Source: Escherichia phage fDHCT2. Taken from it: 64,000 bases of DNA. The position numbers and the translations under genes are program-made. This document shows, piece by piece, positions 30,045-38,722 of the stretch. Each line of letters opens with the position of its first letter. The first letter of the stretch is position 1. The notes under the pieces are model-generated. The model ran no database searches, was not told the origin of the DNA, and saw nothing but the letters and a program-made list of their open reading frames with translations. The stretch lies in the sequence record OR427838.1; one strand, 5' to 3'.

Positions 30045-32255
30045 TTAAGCCGCTTCCACGGCTTTCATGAATTTAACGATTTGAGCTACAGAAGCCTCGG
30101 TAATGGATGTTCCACGACGATACATGTAGTCCGAAACTAAATGGTAATCAGATTCAAACTGTACAGTCATTTTATCATTGTTACTTGAAGCATTATTGGT
30201 TAGCGTATTGAACGTCGTGTTACAGATTTTCTTGATAACGGAAAGCTTATCATCAGTGATATAACCATGGAAATTCATATAACGGAATATATCATAGAAA
30301 TTACTCAGACGAGTATATGCTTCAGACACCGGCTTGTCACTGAAATACTTAGTCATGAAACCAAGCTCAGGGAACTTAGCAATGATTTCAAGGTAATACC
30401 TTGCACGGGTATTACTACCAATGTAGTCATCAATATCTACCGCATCCAATGCTTCGGCATAAGCTTCTAATGTAGCTTCCATCAGGCATTCACATTGGCC
30501 TAACTTTTTAATCTTTTTGGCAATCTGAGGGCGAATGATATGGAATTCGGTAGCACCAATCAAATTAGCCATACGACACATGGTAGTGGTGTTGATGTCA
30601 AAGATACCATAAGCTTCATCCATTCCCATGATATCAGAACGACTACCAAACAATACGTACCCTGTAATTTCTTCTGCTTCGGCCGCAGTTAAGTACAGGG
30701 TTTCATTAGCCCAACGCCCGTCTTTAATGAACCAACGATAAGCACTTGGTGTTTTAGGACGAGGTTCGGATGAACGAACAGTAACCGGAATCCACGGCTT
30801 AACAATTTTATTCAGTTCAGAGACTTTATAAAAATGAATTGTGTCACCTTTAAAAAGTTCTTTAACCTTTTCGAGTTGTTGCATTTGCAGCATTGAATTC
30901 GGGTCGACAAAAATAAGGTCAGTTCCGTATTTAGGAACATTGTTCTCTTTAACAATTTTCTTAGCCGAAGCACTGCTGTCCATTGCCAGAGCCCAAAGTC
31001 CTCGAACTAGCGGTACGCGACCCTTTTCATCATCATAAACAACATGGATTTCTTTCTTATTAATGCCTAATAAACCACTAAGTCCTGCCACCGAAGAAGT
31101 ATTACCACTCGGCTTAATTCGTTTCAAACGTGGGTCTGAAACGATTTCATAAACAACGCCCAAATTAAGAAGGTCGTTTTGAAGTGTATATTTTTGATAC
31201 AGTTTTTCAAAGGTTAATTTTTCTGTAGTAAACAGGCTAGTTCCACCTTTTTTGGTAAGATAGTCACGAGCACTGTAACCAAGGTTAGAAAGGTCACGAT
31301 AAACATGGCGTGGATTATCAGATTCAACCCATTCCTTCGTATCATTTTTAAAGACCACCGCATCCAGTGCTTCGATACGGGTTGCGATATTTTCCATCGT
31401 ACGTTTATCAAGAGACAGCACTTCACGAGACGGAGCAATATCCAGTGAACCCATAGGGAACTTAATATAAACTACATCATGGCGAGTACGCATCCATGTG
31501 CCTTTATTATAAGCAGAATCCAATGGATAGACAATACCACCATAAACTGCATAAAGTCCTGAACGTTCGAAGTTGCCATAATTTGTAGTGGTTACAGGAT
31601 AGTAATCGTCAAATTCAGGGAAATAATCAACTTCAACACCGTCTACATCGCCAAGACCAATGAAAGGCCTCATGATATAACGAACTTCAGTTTCAAACTT
31701 ACGGAAATCCTCTTCGTCAACAGGAACTGTGATTTCGATACCCGTTTTATCACCAGGCTGCATAGGTTCTACGAAAGTAGGTTTAATCTGCGGTCCATCA
31801 CCGTCCATATACGCTACATATCCACGAACTTCGCCATTGTGCCATGAGGTGATATTAAACGTTTCGGTATAACTGAACGGAGATTTTGAACCAAGGCCAA
31901 AACCACCGATGAAATCGTTAGAAGCGGTTTTGGACGACGCGAAATAAGAGTTATACAAACCTGTTTCGTTTTCATCACCACGAATTTGGAAATCACTCAT
32001 GCCTGGCCCGAAGTCACGGCATACAAAACGAGGGTCCAGTTTACCAGGAACCTGTACTTTCCAACGTTCTTTATTACCATTCAGAATATGAGCATCAATC
32101 ATGTTGGTAATTAGTTCACGAACTACAGCACGCACCTTATTACTATAAAGGTCTGATGAAAGAATTTTAAAGACCTTAGGCGAGGCCTGGATAGTAAAGC
32201 CTGTGGACTTAGCGCCGTTACCAATGATTTGTTCTTTTTCGGTTTCAATAATCAT
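30045..32255 (-). CDS. rIIA: rIIA protein
   Basis: 736 aa (T4 rIIA about 725); GHKL-type ATPase-like N-terminal blocks; adjacent to rIIB. Confidence 0.9.
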   Translation of the reverse strand: MIIETEKEQIIGNGAKSTGFTIQASPKVFKILSSDLYSNKVRAVVRELITNMIDAHILNGNKERWKVQVPGKLDPRFVCRDFGPGMSDFQIRGDENETGLYNSYFASSKTASNDFIGGFGLGSKSPFSYTETFNITSWHNGEVRGYVAYMDGDGPQIKPTFVEPMQPGDKTGIEITVPVDEEDFRKFETEVRYIMRPFIGLGDVDGVEVDYFPEFDDYYPVTTTNYGNFERSGLYAVYGGIVYPLDSAYNKGTWMRTRHDVVYIKFPMGSLDIAPSREVLSLDKRTMENIATRIEALDAVVFKNDTKEWVESDNPRHVYRDLSNLGYSARDYLTKKGGTSLFTTEKLTFEKLYQKYTLQNDLLNLGVVYEIVSDPRLKRIKPSGNTSSVAGLSGLLGINKKEIHVVYDDEKGRVPLVRGLWALAMDSSASAKKIVKENNVPKYGTDLIFVDPNSMLQMQQLEKVKELFKGDTIHFYKVSELNKIVKPWIPVTVRSSEPRPKTPSAYRWFIKDGRWANETLYLTAAEAEEITGYVLFGSRSDIMGMDEAYGIFDINTTTMCRMANLIGATEFHIIRPQIAKKIKKLGQCECLMEATLEAYAEALDAVDIDDYIGSNTRARYYLEIIAKFPELGFMTKYFSDKPVSEAYTRLSNFYDIFRYMNFHGYITDDKLSVIKKICNTTFNTLTNNASSNNDKMTVQFESDYHLVSDYMYRRGTSITEASVAQIVKFMKAVEAA

Positions 32256-32262
32256 ATTTTTC

Positions 32263-32466
32263 TCAATTCAGGTTACGTTTAAAAAGGTCTGCTACTTCAA
32301 GGAGCTCGTCCTTAGTAGCGATGTCGTTGAGTATTTTATATCTGATTTCTTTAAAGCGTTCTTTAAAATCCTCAGCTGCATTGATATCAAAAAATCGTTG
32401 GATTAACCGGAATTCTTTATGGACGGCTTTATCGAACAAATCAATATTCACTTTAAAGTTTGTCAT
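32263..32466 (-). CDS. Hypothetical small protein
   Basis: 67-aa ORF upstream of rIIA. Confidence 0.45.
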   Translation of the reverse strand: MTNFKVNIDLFDKAVHKEFRLIQRFFDINAAEDFKERFKEIRYKILNDIATKDELLEVADLFKRNLN

Positions 32467-32803
32467 TTTTAACTACCTCATGTTGAACATATTCTCTGGT
32501 AGAACCGAGTTCAGCCAGAATTCTTCTCATAGAACCCATTGTACTTTTGTGCTCTCTGTGGCGATACAATATCTCCAGAACCTTTTCCTGGACAACAGGA
32601 GAGAGCGCCTGGTTATCTTTAATCTTTAAGGCAATAGATTTTACAGCCTTAAGATATTCTAGCCCCTTACCGCTTGTAATCACTACTCCTTCATCTTTAC
32701 AGTTACGAATAGCGGTTTCCATAAAGGATAAAGCCAGGTTGTCAGTGTTCACTATACTGTTATCTTGCATAATCATATTCTCACCTCTAGATAATCCTAT
32801 CAC
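32453..32803 (-). CDS. Hypothetical protein
   Basis: 116-aa ORF. Confidence 0.45.
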   Translation of the reverse strand: MIGLSRGENMIMQDNSIVNTDNLALSFMETAIRNCKDEGVVITSGKGLEYLKAVKSIALKIKDNQALSPVVQEKVLEILYRHREHKSTMGSMRRILAELGSTREYVQHEVVKNDKL

Positions 32804-32829
32804 AGTTTTGTTATGTTGTAAACCCCGAA

Positions 32830-32847
32830 AAGGGCCTTGCGGCCCTT
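32830..32847 (-). terminator. Stem-loop/terminator downstream of gene 39 region
   Basis: AAGGGCC-GCAA-GGCCCUU hairpin. Confidence 0.45.
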
Positions 32848-32852
32848 AATTA

Positions 32853-33002
32853 TTCAATTTTGTAGACTTGTCCTCGAACTTGATAAAATTCGCCTTCCCA
32901 GGTTTCTACCATAATGGTCACATACTCTGCGAACAAAGGTCTCTTCTCGGCCCAGAGATATCCAAATTCACCGGTGGCTAGCGTTATCCAGTACTTTCTC
33001 AT
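32853..33002 (-). CDS. Putative 49-aa protein (not in ORF track)
   Basis: Perfect AGGAGA SD 5 nt before ATG at 33002; between gene 39 and a hairpin terminator. Confidence 0.3.
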
Positions 33003-33045
33003 AAAGTCTCCTAATTGTATGGCACTCATGTACCATACATATTTA

Positions 33046-34863
33046 TTACGACATCCAGGCCTTACGGAGTTGAGGGTCGTTCCCGAGGAGCATTTCGAAC
33101 TGTTCTTTCCAATCTTCAGGCAATTGAACTACATCAAATTTAGGGTCTTGAATCATTCGACGGTATTCAGCCTTCTCAAGAGAACCTAGTCCTTTGATAT
33201 AACGAATAGAATGTTTTGGTAGAGAGTCCTTAGCTTTGGTATAACTAGGGACATCATAGAACCATTCTTGTTCTTTACCAATCTGAGCAATAATTACAGG
33301 AGTTTTACAGAATCGTACTCGGCCTTGTTCGAATAATTCAGGCCATTGACTAAAGAAGGCTAACAATGACGGATAAATCGAGCCTGTACCATCCACATCG
33401 GCATCAGTCATAATAGCGATATTACGATAGTTAGTTTTATCTGCAGGTTCGCCAATAACCAGTCCAGTGATTGCACAGATATCAAACAATTCTTTGTTCT
33501 TCATGATATCAACTGCAGGCATACCCCAGGTATTCATAACCTTACCACGTAATGGATAACCGCCTTGAAGGTCTTTATTACGTACTTCAATGAAAGGACC
33601 CATTGCTGAATCACCTTCAGTCAAGAACAGAGTTGTATCGGCATCTTTACCATACATATTGGCTTTAATATGCTTATGGACTTTAGCTTTCAAAGCTTTC
33701 TTAGCGGCTTTTGTTTCTGCTGCTTTTTCGGCTGCTAATTTACGTGCTAAAGCAGCTTCGACGATAGGCATAATCAACCCATCGACCTTAAGAATCATCG
33801 ATGCAATTTTCTTAGCATCAATTTGGATATGGCTACGAATCTCGCCAAACGGGGAGGTCAAACGCTCTTTAGTCTGGGAATCAAAACGCATATTACTCAT
33901 ATCACGAATGAACATTACCATCGTAAGGCATTCTTTAACACGAGCCTTAGTTACTTCAATTCCACGATATTTCTTTTTAATACCAGGCAGAAGGTGCTCA
34001 CAAATGTCATCGAATACACATTCAACGTGGTGTCCACCATTCTTGGTATGGATATTATTTACATACGTCAGTTGACGGAACCCATCCGGAGAAGGAGTAA
34101 ATGCCATCGAAACATTATCAGTTTCTTGGATTACAAAGTCATCACCAAATTGCTTAGCATACTTTTTAAAGTTGCCATCTACTTTTTTACCATTAAAAGT
34201 AAATTGGATATCAGGATAAATTACAGCTAGGGTTTTAAGACGATCTAAAGTAATATCCAGATAAATTTGGGTCAAACTATTTTCTTCGAAATGGTTAAAG
34301 TCTGGAGTGAATATAACCGAAGTGCCTTTATCTTTGGATTTCTTAGTAGTCCAACCTTTGTTTTCCATTCCGTTAGAACAGTTAACAGTAATCTCATTCT
34401 CGCCATCAGAGGTGATGCCTGTGAACAAAACAGAGAAGATATTAGTTAAACTACTACCGACACCATTCATGCCGCCTGTCTTACGCTCAGCGTCATCTCC
34501 AAAGTTACCACCAGCCTTTGGAATAGTCCATGCAGCTACAGGACCCGGAATTTGTTCCCTGTTTTGGTCAGTAACCATTGCTTGTGGAATACCACGGCCA
34601 TTATCGGAAACTGAAACCTGATTATTCTTAATTCGGACATCAATTTTGTTTGCGAATTTAAAATTAGTACGAATAGCTTCATCGACAGAGTTATCAATGA
34701 TTTCGTCAATTAATTTAACTAGCCCTGGAACATAGTTCACCTGGGTAAAATTACCAAACAGGAATCGACCGTGAGCTTCATTAGCACTTGAGCCAATATA
34801 CATCCCACTACGTTTTTTGATATGTTCAATGTCGGACAGTACTTTAATTTCATTCTTAATCAT
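33046..34863 (-). CDS. 39: DNA topoisomerase II large subunit (GyrB-like), continuous 605-aa form
   Basis: ATPase N-terminus; TOPRIM block DADVDG; the C-terminal region that T4 encodes as separate gene 60 is fused here. Confidence 0.9.
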   Translation of the reverse strand: MIKNEIKVLSDIEHIKKRSGMYIGSSANEAHGRFLFGNFTQVNYVPGLVKLIDEIIDNSVDEAIRTNFKFANKIDVRIKNNQVSVSDNGRGIPQAMVTDQNREQIPGPVAAWTIPKAGGNFGDDAERKTGGMNGVGSSLTNIFSVLFTGITSDGENEITVNCSNGMENKGWTTKKSKDKGTSVIFTPDFNHFEENSLTQIYLDITLDRLKTLAVIYPDIQFTFNGKKVDGNFKKYAKQFGDDFVIQETDNVSMAFTPSPDGFRQLTYVNNIHTKNGGHHVECVFDDICEHLLPGIKKKYRGIEVTKARVKECLTMVMFIRDMSNMRFDSQTKERLTSPFGEIRSHIQIDAKKIASMILKVDGLIMPIVEAALARKLAAEKAAETKAAKKALKAKVHKHIKANMYGKDADTTLFLTEGDSAMGPFIEVRNKDLQGGYPLRGKVMNTWGMPAVDIMKNKELFDICAITGLVIGEPADKTNYRNIAIMTDADVDGTGSIYPSLLAFFSQWPELFEQGRVRFCKTPVIIAQIGKEQEWFYDVPSYTKAKDSLPKHSIRYIKGLGSLEKAEYRRMIQDPKFDVVQLPEDWKEQFEMLLGNDPQLRKAWMS

Positions 34864-34915
34864 GTTATTTCCTCATGTAGTAGGAGAATATTATCCCATT
34901 TCACTTAAAGCATAA

Positions 34916-34931
34916 AAGGGCCGAGGCCCTT
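34916..34931 (-). terminator. Rho-independent terminator
   Basis: GGGCC-UCG-GCCC hairpin followed by UUUUAUG on minus strand. Confidence 0.5.
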
Positions 34932-35190
34932 AATCAAATCGAATGGTCGACTTTTTAAAGAATAACCCAGAACAAACTGTTCCTTCAACCCTTTTACCTG
35001 TCGGCCCTACAGCAATAAAGCCTGTACGCTGGAAATCATCTTCAGAACAGCCGAATAAGTTGTATCCTGTGATTTGGATTTGTTCGTAGCCATTTGCATC
35101 CAATACACGGGTAGCATTATCGGCATCAGTACAACCAACCAACGAAACTGCTAGTACAAGAGCCGCAATAGAACGATTAACATATTTCAT
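34930..35190 (-). CDS. Putative lipoprotein
   Basis: Signal peptide with lipobox LVGC. Confidence 0.55.
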   Translation of the reverse strand: MKYVNRSIAALVLAVSLVGCTDADNATRVLDANGYEQIQITGYNLFGCSEDDFQRTGFIAVGPTGKRVEGTVCSGLFFKKSTIRFD

Positions 35191-35196
35191 AATTTC

Positions 35197-35373
35197 TCAC
35201 TTAGTTAGCAGGTCATAGAACCCGCCGTTAACATGTTTAGGAGCTGAAACTAACCGAACAGCCAGCCGATGGCAATCAGGGCAAACATCATTATCTCTTT
35301 CAGAGATTTTCTTGATTTTTTCGTATTCTTTTGCACAGTCTTCGGATTGGCATTTGTAATCATAAAGTGGCAT
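35197..35373 (-). CDS. Zinc-ribbon protein, FmdB-like (58 aa, not in ORF track)
   Basis: MPLYDYKCQSEDCAKEYE...CPDCH; ATG one nt after upstream stop. Confidence 0.45.
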   Translation of the reverse strand: MPLYDYKCQSEDCAKEYEKIKKISERDNDVCPDCHRLAVRLVSAPKHVNGGFYDLLTK

Positions 35374-35374
35374 A

Positions 35375-35761
35375 TTATTCCTTAAAGTGGGCTTTCAACA
35401 TCTGGTAAACGGTCCAGGCTTCAGAATTATTGGAGATAGTGATTTTGGTCAAAGGGAATTCGCTTGGCTCAGATGGAGCTGCGTCTTCAGACTGGTCTTC
35501 GTCTTCACTGTCAACTTCAACCATTTCTGTAAAGAATTTACGCTCACTAGCGTATATAACCATATCTTTATTATCGCCGTAAACCAGGTCGAAGTTGATT
35601 ACGCATCCGTTTGAAATTTTAACCGGGGAAAAACCTTCACCTTCAATAATAACATCGGCTACAATATTATTGATATCTCTACGACGGAATTCAGCTTCTG
35701 CCGCATCATCTTTAAAATAGTACCATTTACCTTTTTCAAATTCGAGTTCTTGATTAAGCAT
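35375..35761 (-). CDS. Hypothetical acidic protein (start refined to ATG 35761)
   Basis: Track ORF 35375..35854; 8-nt ATGCTTAA overlap with upstream gene. Confidence 0.45.
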   Translation of the reverse strand: MLNQELEFEKGKWYYFKDDAAEAEFRRRDINNIVADVIIEGEGFSPVKISNGCVINFDLVYGDNKDMVIYASERKFFTEMVEVDSEDEDQSEDAAPSEPSEFPLTKITISNNSEAWTVYQMLKAHFKE

Positions 35762-35972
35762 TGTAAGTTTCCTTCCAGAAGTCAGTACCTTCAGCAGTGA
35801 TTTCACGGAACACTGCATAGATAGGGTTTTTATCACCTTGATTTTCGTATACATAAACCGACGTTAAATGAGAAAACGTATCAGAATGTTCCTTTTGAAC
35901 CACGATTAAATCAGGGTTGAACAGAACATCTTCAAATTCTTCACGAGTAGAGTTCACAGTAACTTTAGCCAT
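35754..35972 (-). CDS. Hypothetical small protein
   Basis: 72 aa; GAGGA SD; early promoter element upstream. Confidence 0.45.
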   Translation of the reverse strand: MAKVTVNSTREEFEDVLFNPDLIVVQKEHSDTFSHLTSVYVYENQGDKNPIYAVFREITAEGTDFWKETYNA

Positions 35973-35990
35973 TTTATTTTCCTCTCGTTT

Positions 35991-36032
35991 GTTGATAGGG
36001 CAATAATATCACTACCCTACCATAGTGTATAC
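35991..36032 (-). promoter_or_regulatory. Early-type promoter element (variant -35 GTATAC)
   Basis: Conserved downstream box TGATATTATTGCCCTATCAAC. Confidence 0.45.
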
Positions 36033-36046
36033 TGTTTTTTTAAACT

Positions 36047-36613
36047 TTATGCAAAATGAATATCAGCGTACTCAACGATAAAGCTCTCAGGAACAACCTT
36101 AAAAGTTCCAAGGAACACGATATTATACAATTTGACACCTTCTTCAACCCACTGGTCGGTGATGTAACCGGACATACTAGTGGTTTCATAAGTCGGACCG
36201 TACTTGCATTTGTATTCAAACGGTTTAGGTGAAACGAAAAAGACACCTTTACCTAATTTCCATTTGAAATCAACGCCGACATGAGATTGGTCAATAGTTT
36301 CAACGTCTTGAGCTACTACGCCACGGATATCATTGCTTTCACATACATACCCATCATGGGATTCAACTTCTTCAACTACAGGAGCGATGTATCCGGTAAA
36401 TTCAGTCGATTCCAAGAATTTAGCACGCACATAACCGAATTGAGTTTCAGTCTGGGGATTTTTAGGAATGATACGAACTTTTACTTCATAATTTTCTTCA
36501 CTGACACCTTCTTTAAGTTGGATGCTAACAACTTCAACTAAACTGCCCGCAGCTTTTGAACGAGACTTTTTGGATACACGAACGATACTGCCGATATCGG
36601 AAATAGTAATCAT
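36047..36613 (-). CDS. Hypothetical protein, paralog pair member 1
   Basis: 188 aa; C-terminal block GYITDQWVEEGVKLYNIVFLGTFKVVPESF shared with next gene. Confidence 0.5.
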   Translation of the reverse strand: MITISDIGSIVRVSKKSRSKAAGSLVEVVSIQLKEGVSEENYEVKVRIIPKNPQTETQFGYVRAKFLESTEFTGYIAPVVEEVESHDGYVCESNDIRGVVAQDVETIDQSHVGVDFKWKLGKGVFFVSPKPFEYKCKYGPTYETTSMSGYITDQWVEEGVKLYNIVFLGTFKVVPESFIVEYADIHFA

Positions 36614-36655
36614 AATTTTTCTCTCTTGGTTAAAGGTTTATAATCCATGAGAGCC

Positions 36656-36684
36656 ATTATAACATGGCTCTCGATAAAGTAAAC
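36656..36684 (-). promoter_or_regulatory. Sigma-70 promoter GTTTAC-N17-TGT-TATAAT with palindrome around -10
   Basis: Inverted repeat gagagccat / atggctctc flanks the -10. Confidence 0.5.
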
Positions 36685-36686
36685 TA

Positions 36687-37238
36687 TTAATTCAATACAT
36701 TAACCACTGCACTACGAGGTACTACGCTAAAATCACCAGCATGTACAACGTTCAGGAGTTCAACACCATCTTCAATCCACTGGTCTGTTACCCAACCACA
36801 GATAGGATTATCAAAAGGACGACGGATAGCCACTGCAGCACACAGAAGGTCGGTAGGGTCTTGTTCGACTTCGACTTCACGGAAAAGCCCAAATTCAGCT
36901 TCATAGACTAGGATTTTCTCTACTTTGTTATTATCTAACCGGCGGCCATGTATTACGTAAGATTTAGTAAACCAGTCACTTTTGGCGAATTCTTCAACAA
37001 TAAATTCGCCTTCGCCAAAAACATCAGTCAGAGTTTTATAACCGGAAATCAAGGCCTTAGTTTTAATTTCAGGTTCAACCAGTTTGTAGGTTTTGCCGAT
37101 TTCGATAGTCTGAGTAGTCATAGCGGTTTCCTTAATTTCCAGTGGTTTAACAGGGCATACATAAGTGCTTAAAACATCAAAATCAATCAGTTTAGCTGCC
37201 GGATTCGGGGTGTATTTAGGGTTGTAATTAAATTTCAT
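36687..37238 (-). CDS. Hypothetical protein, paralog pair member 2
   Basis: 183 aa; C-terminal block GWVTDQWIEDGVELLNVVHAGDFSVVPRSA. Confidence 0.5.
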   Translation of the reverse strand: MKFNYNPKYTPNPAAKLIDFDVLSTYVCPVKPLEIKETAMTTQTIEIGKTYKLVEPEIKTKALISGYKTLTDVFGEGEFIVEEFAKSDWFTKSYVIHGRRLDNNKVEKILVYEAEFGLFREVEVEQDPTDLLCAAVAIRRPFDNPICGWVTDQWIEDGVELLNVVHAGDFSVVPRSAVVNVLN

Positions 37239-37744
37239 ATTGTTCTCAATTCAATAAAATCTACGAGTTCGGCATAGGATTTGCGGAACATTACTTGGCG
37301 GTCACCAATGACAACCTCATCTTCAGGTATTTCGTAAACAGCAAGATAGAATCCTTTAGAAGATAATTCTTCACGCTCTTCACGAGTGAACCAGCGCATC
37401 ATATCATACTCGCTGGCAAAAGCAAAATGGTAGAGATTAACAAACCAACCTGGAATATAATCATCACAGCCTTCATAATCAGGCTGGTTCCACTTAGTTC
37501 TAATGCTTTTATTAGAATTTTCCACCAACAAATTGTCTTGACCGGGTAGCGGAATATTTTTATTATTGGTATGGTGGTGCCTAAAATTGGGTCTGTCGAA
37601 ACCTACTTCCAATAACCAGCCTTCACTCCATTCGTCAAATGAGCCTCTATACGGTGTTAATTGGCGGCACTGTAGGTGGGTGATTGCTATGACATCGCTG
37701 TTATCTAAGATACTAAACGATGACTCAACTCGATAAATTTTCAT
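37235..37744 (-). CDS. Hypothetical protein
   Basis: 169-aa ORF; ATGA overlap; early promoter element upstream. Confidence 0.5.
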   Translation of the reverse strand: MKIYRVESSFSILDNSDVIAITHLQCRQLTPYRGSFDEWSEGWLLEVGFDRPNFRHHHTNNKNIPLPGQDNLLVENSNKSIRTKWNQPDYEGCDDYIPGWFVNLYHFAFASEYDMMRWFTREEREELSSKGFYLAVYEIPEDEVVIGDRQVMFRKSYAELVDFIELRTI

Positions 37745-37759
37745 TTTGTTCTCCTCATG

Positions 37760-37800
37760 TTGATAGGGTAGATAATATCATGTCATGAGGAGAAGTAAAC
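37760..37800 (-). promoter_or_regulatory. Early-type promoter element
   Basis: GTTTAC-N17-TGA-TATTAT-CTACCCTATCAAC. Confidence 0.5.
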
Positions 37801-37804
37801 ACTT

Positions 37805-38479
37805 TTATCGATTTTTTACACTTAACGGGTCAGGATTCTCAGGGACATCTTCCAGGCCCAAGGCATAACGTTGAGCATATTTCAGCATCAAGATGTCCTT
37901 GGCACAGTCATGGATAGAGTCATGAGCAACAAAGCCATTCAATGTTCCGTTAGGCAGAGGACACATGCTCAATCCGCGAGTCAGTGAATAGGCTTCGATA
38001 GCCGTACGGATATCACGTTGGTTCCAGAATTTAACCGGTTCTAATTTACTGGTATCAATTTCATTCTCAGGAACACCTTCAGAACGATAAGCATCGCGAA
38101 TAAGGTCGACTAAGATAGGAAAGTCAAATGACATTCCACGACACCACATCTGTGATTTCCACTGGTCTACATCATTTTTACGGCAATATTCTAAGAAGTT
38201 GCCGATGCCGATAGAAGTGCTCACATCCATTTCGGACGGCGCCAGGTTTTTACGTGCTTCGGGCCCTTGTTCTTTCCACCACTGTAAAGTGCTTTTAGAA
38301 AACAGTCGTTTATCACGTTGAGAAGCTAGGTCAAATTTAATACGAAGGCCTCGTTGAGTAAGCTCTTCAAACGTTTCTACTACCTCTGGATTTGGGTCGT
38401 AAGCAATTACGGCTAGGTCAATAACCGCCGCATTTTGGGTAGTGGCAAAGGTTTCGAAGTCAATAATTACATCTTTCAT
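37805..38479 (-). CDS. dexA: Exonuclease A (DnaQ-like 3-prime to 5-prime exonuclease)
   Basis: 224 aa; colinear with remembered T4 DexA (IIDFET, CRGMSFDFPILVDLIRD, GFVAHDSIHDCAKDILM). Confidence 0.8.
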   Translation of the reverse strand: MKDVIIDFETFATTQNAAVIDLAVIAYDPNPEVVETFEELTQRGLRIKFDLASQRDKRLFSKSTLQWWKEQGPEARKNLAPSEMDVSTSIGIGNFLEYCRKNDVDQWKSQMWCRGMSFDFPILVDLIRDAYRSEGVPENEIDTSKLEPVKFWNQRDIRTAIEAYSLTRGLSMCPLPNGTLNGFVAHDSIHDCAKDILMLKYAQRYALGLEDVPENPDPLSVKNR

Positions 38480-38715
38480 TTAACGTACCTCATAAGGTCA
38501 CGGATTTGACCAACGGTGTAGTCTTCAATATAAACTGAAGAGATATTGTCGTCCATTAGACGCTGTATTGCGATAAAATCACTTTCAATCTCTTTAAGAG
38601 AATGCAAGACCTTATGAGCCTTGCCACGGATATTTGTATCGTCTTGGTTGACCTTAATAATATATTCTGTTTCAAATTTCAACTTATAAAATTGGTCTTT
38701 AGTTACTTTAATCAT
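38476..38715 (-). CDS. Hypothetical small protein (start refined to ATG 38715 with GAGGA SD)
   Basis: Track ORF 38476..38766. Confidence 0.45.
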   Translation of the reverse strand: MIKVTKDQFYKLKFETEYIIKVNQDDTNIRGKAHKVLHSLKEIESDFIAIQRLMDDNISSVYIEDYTVGQIRDLMRYVK

Positions 38716-38722
38716 ATTTTCC

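Noticed and set aside
36040-36246. 68-aa ORF
   Set aside because: Off-frame overlap with 36047..36613 paralog gene
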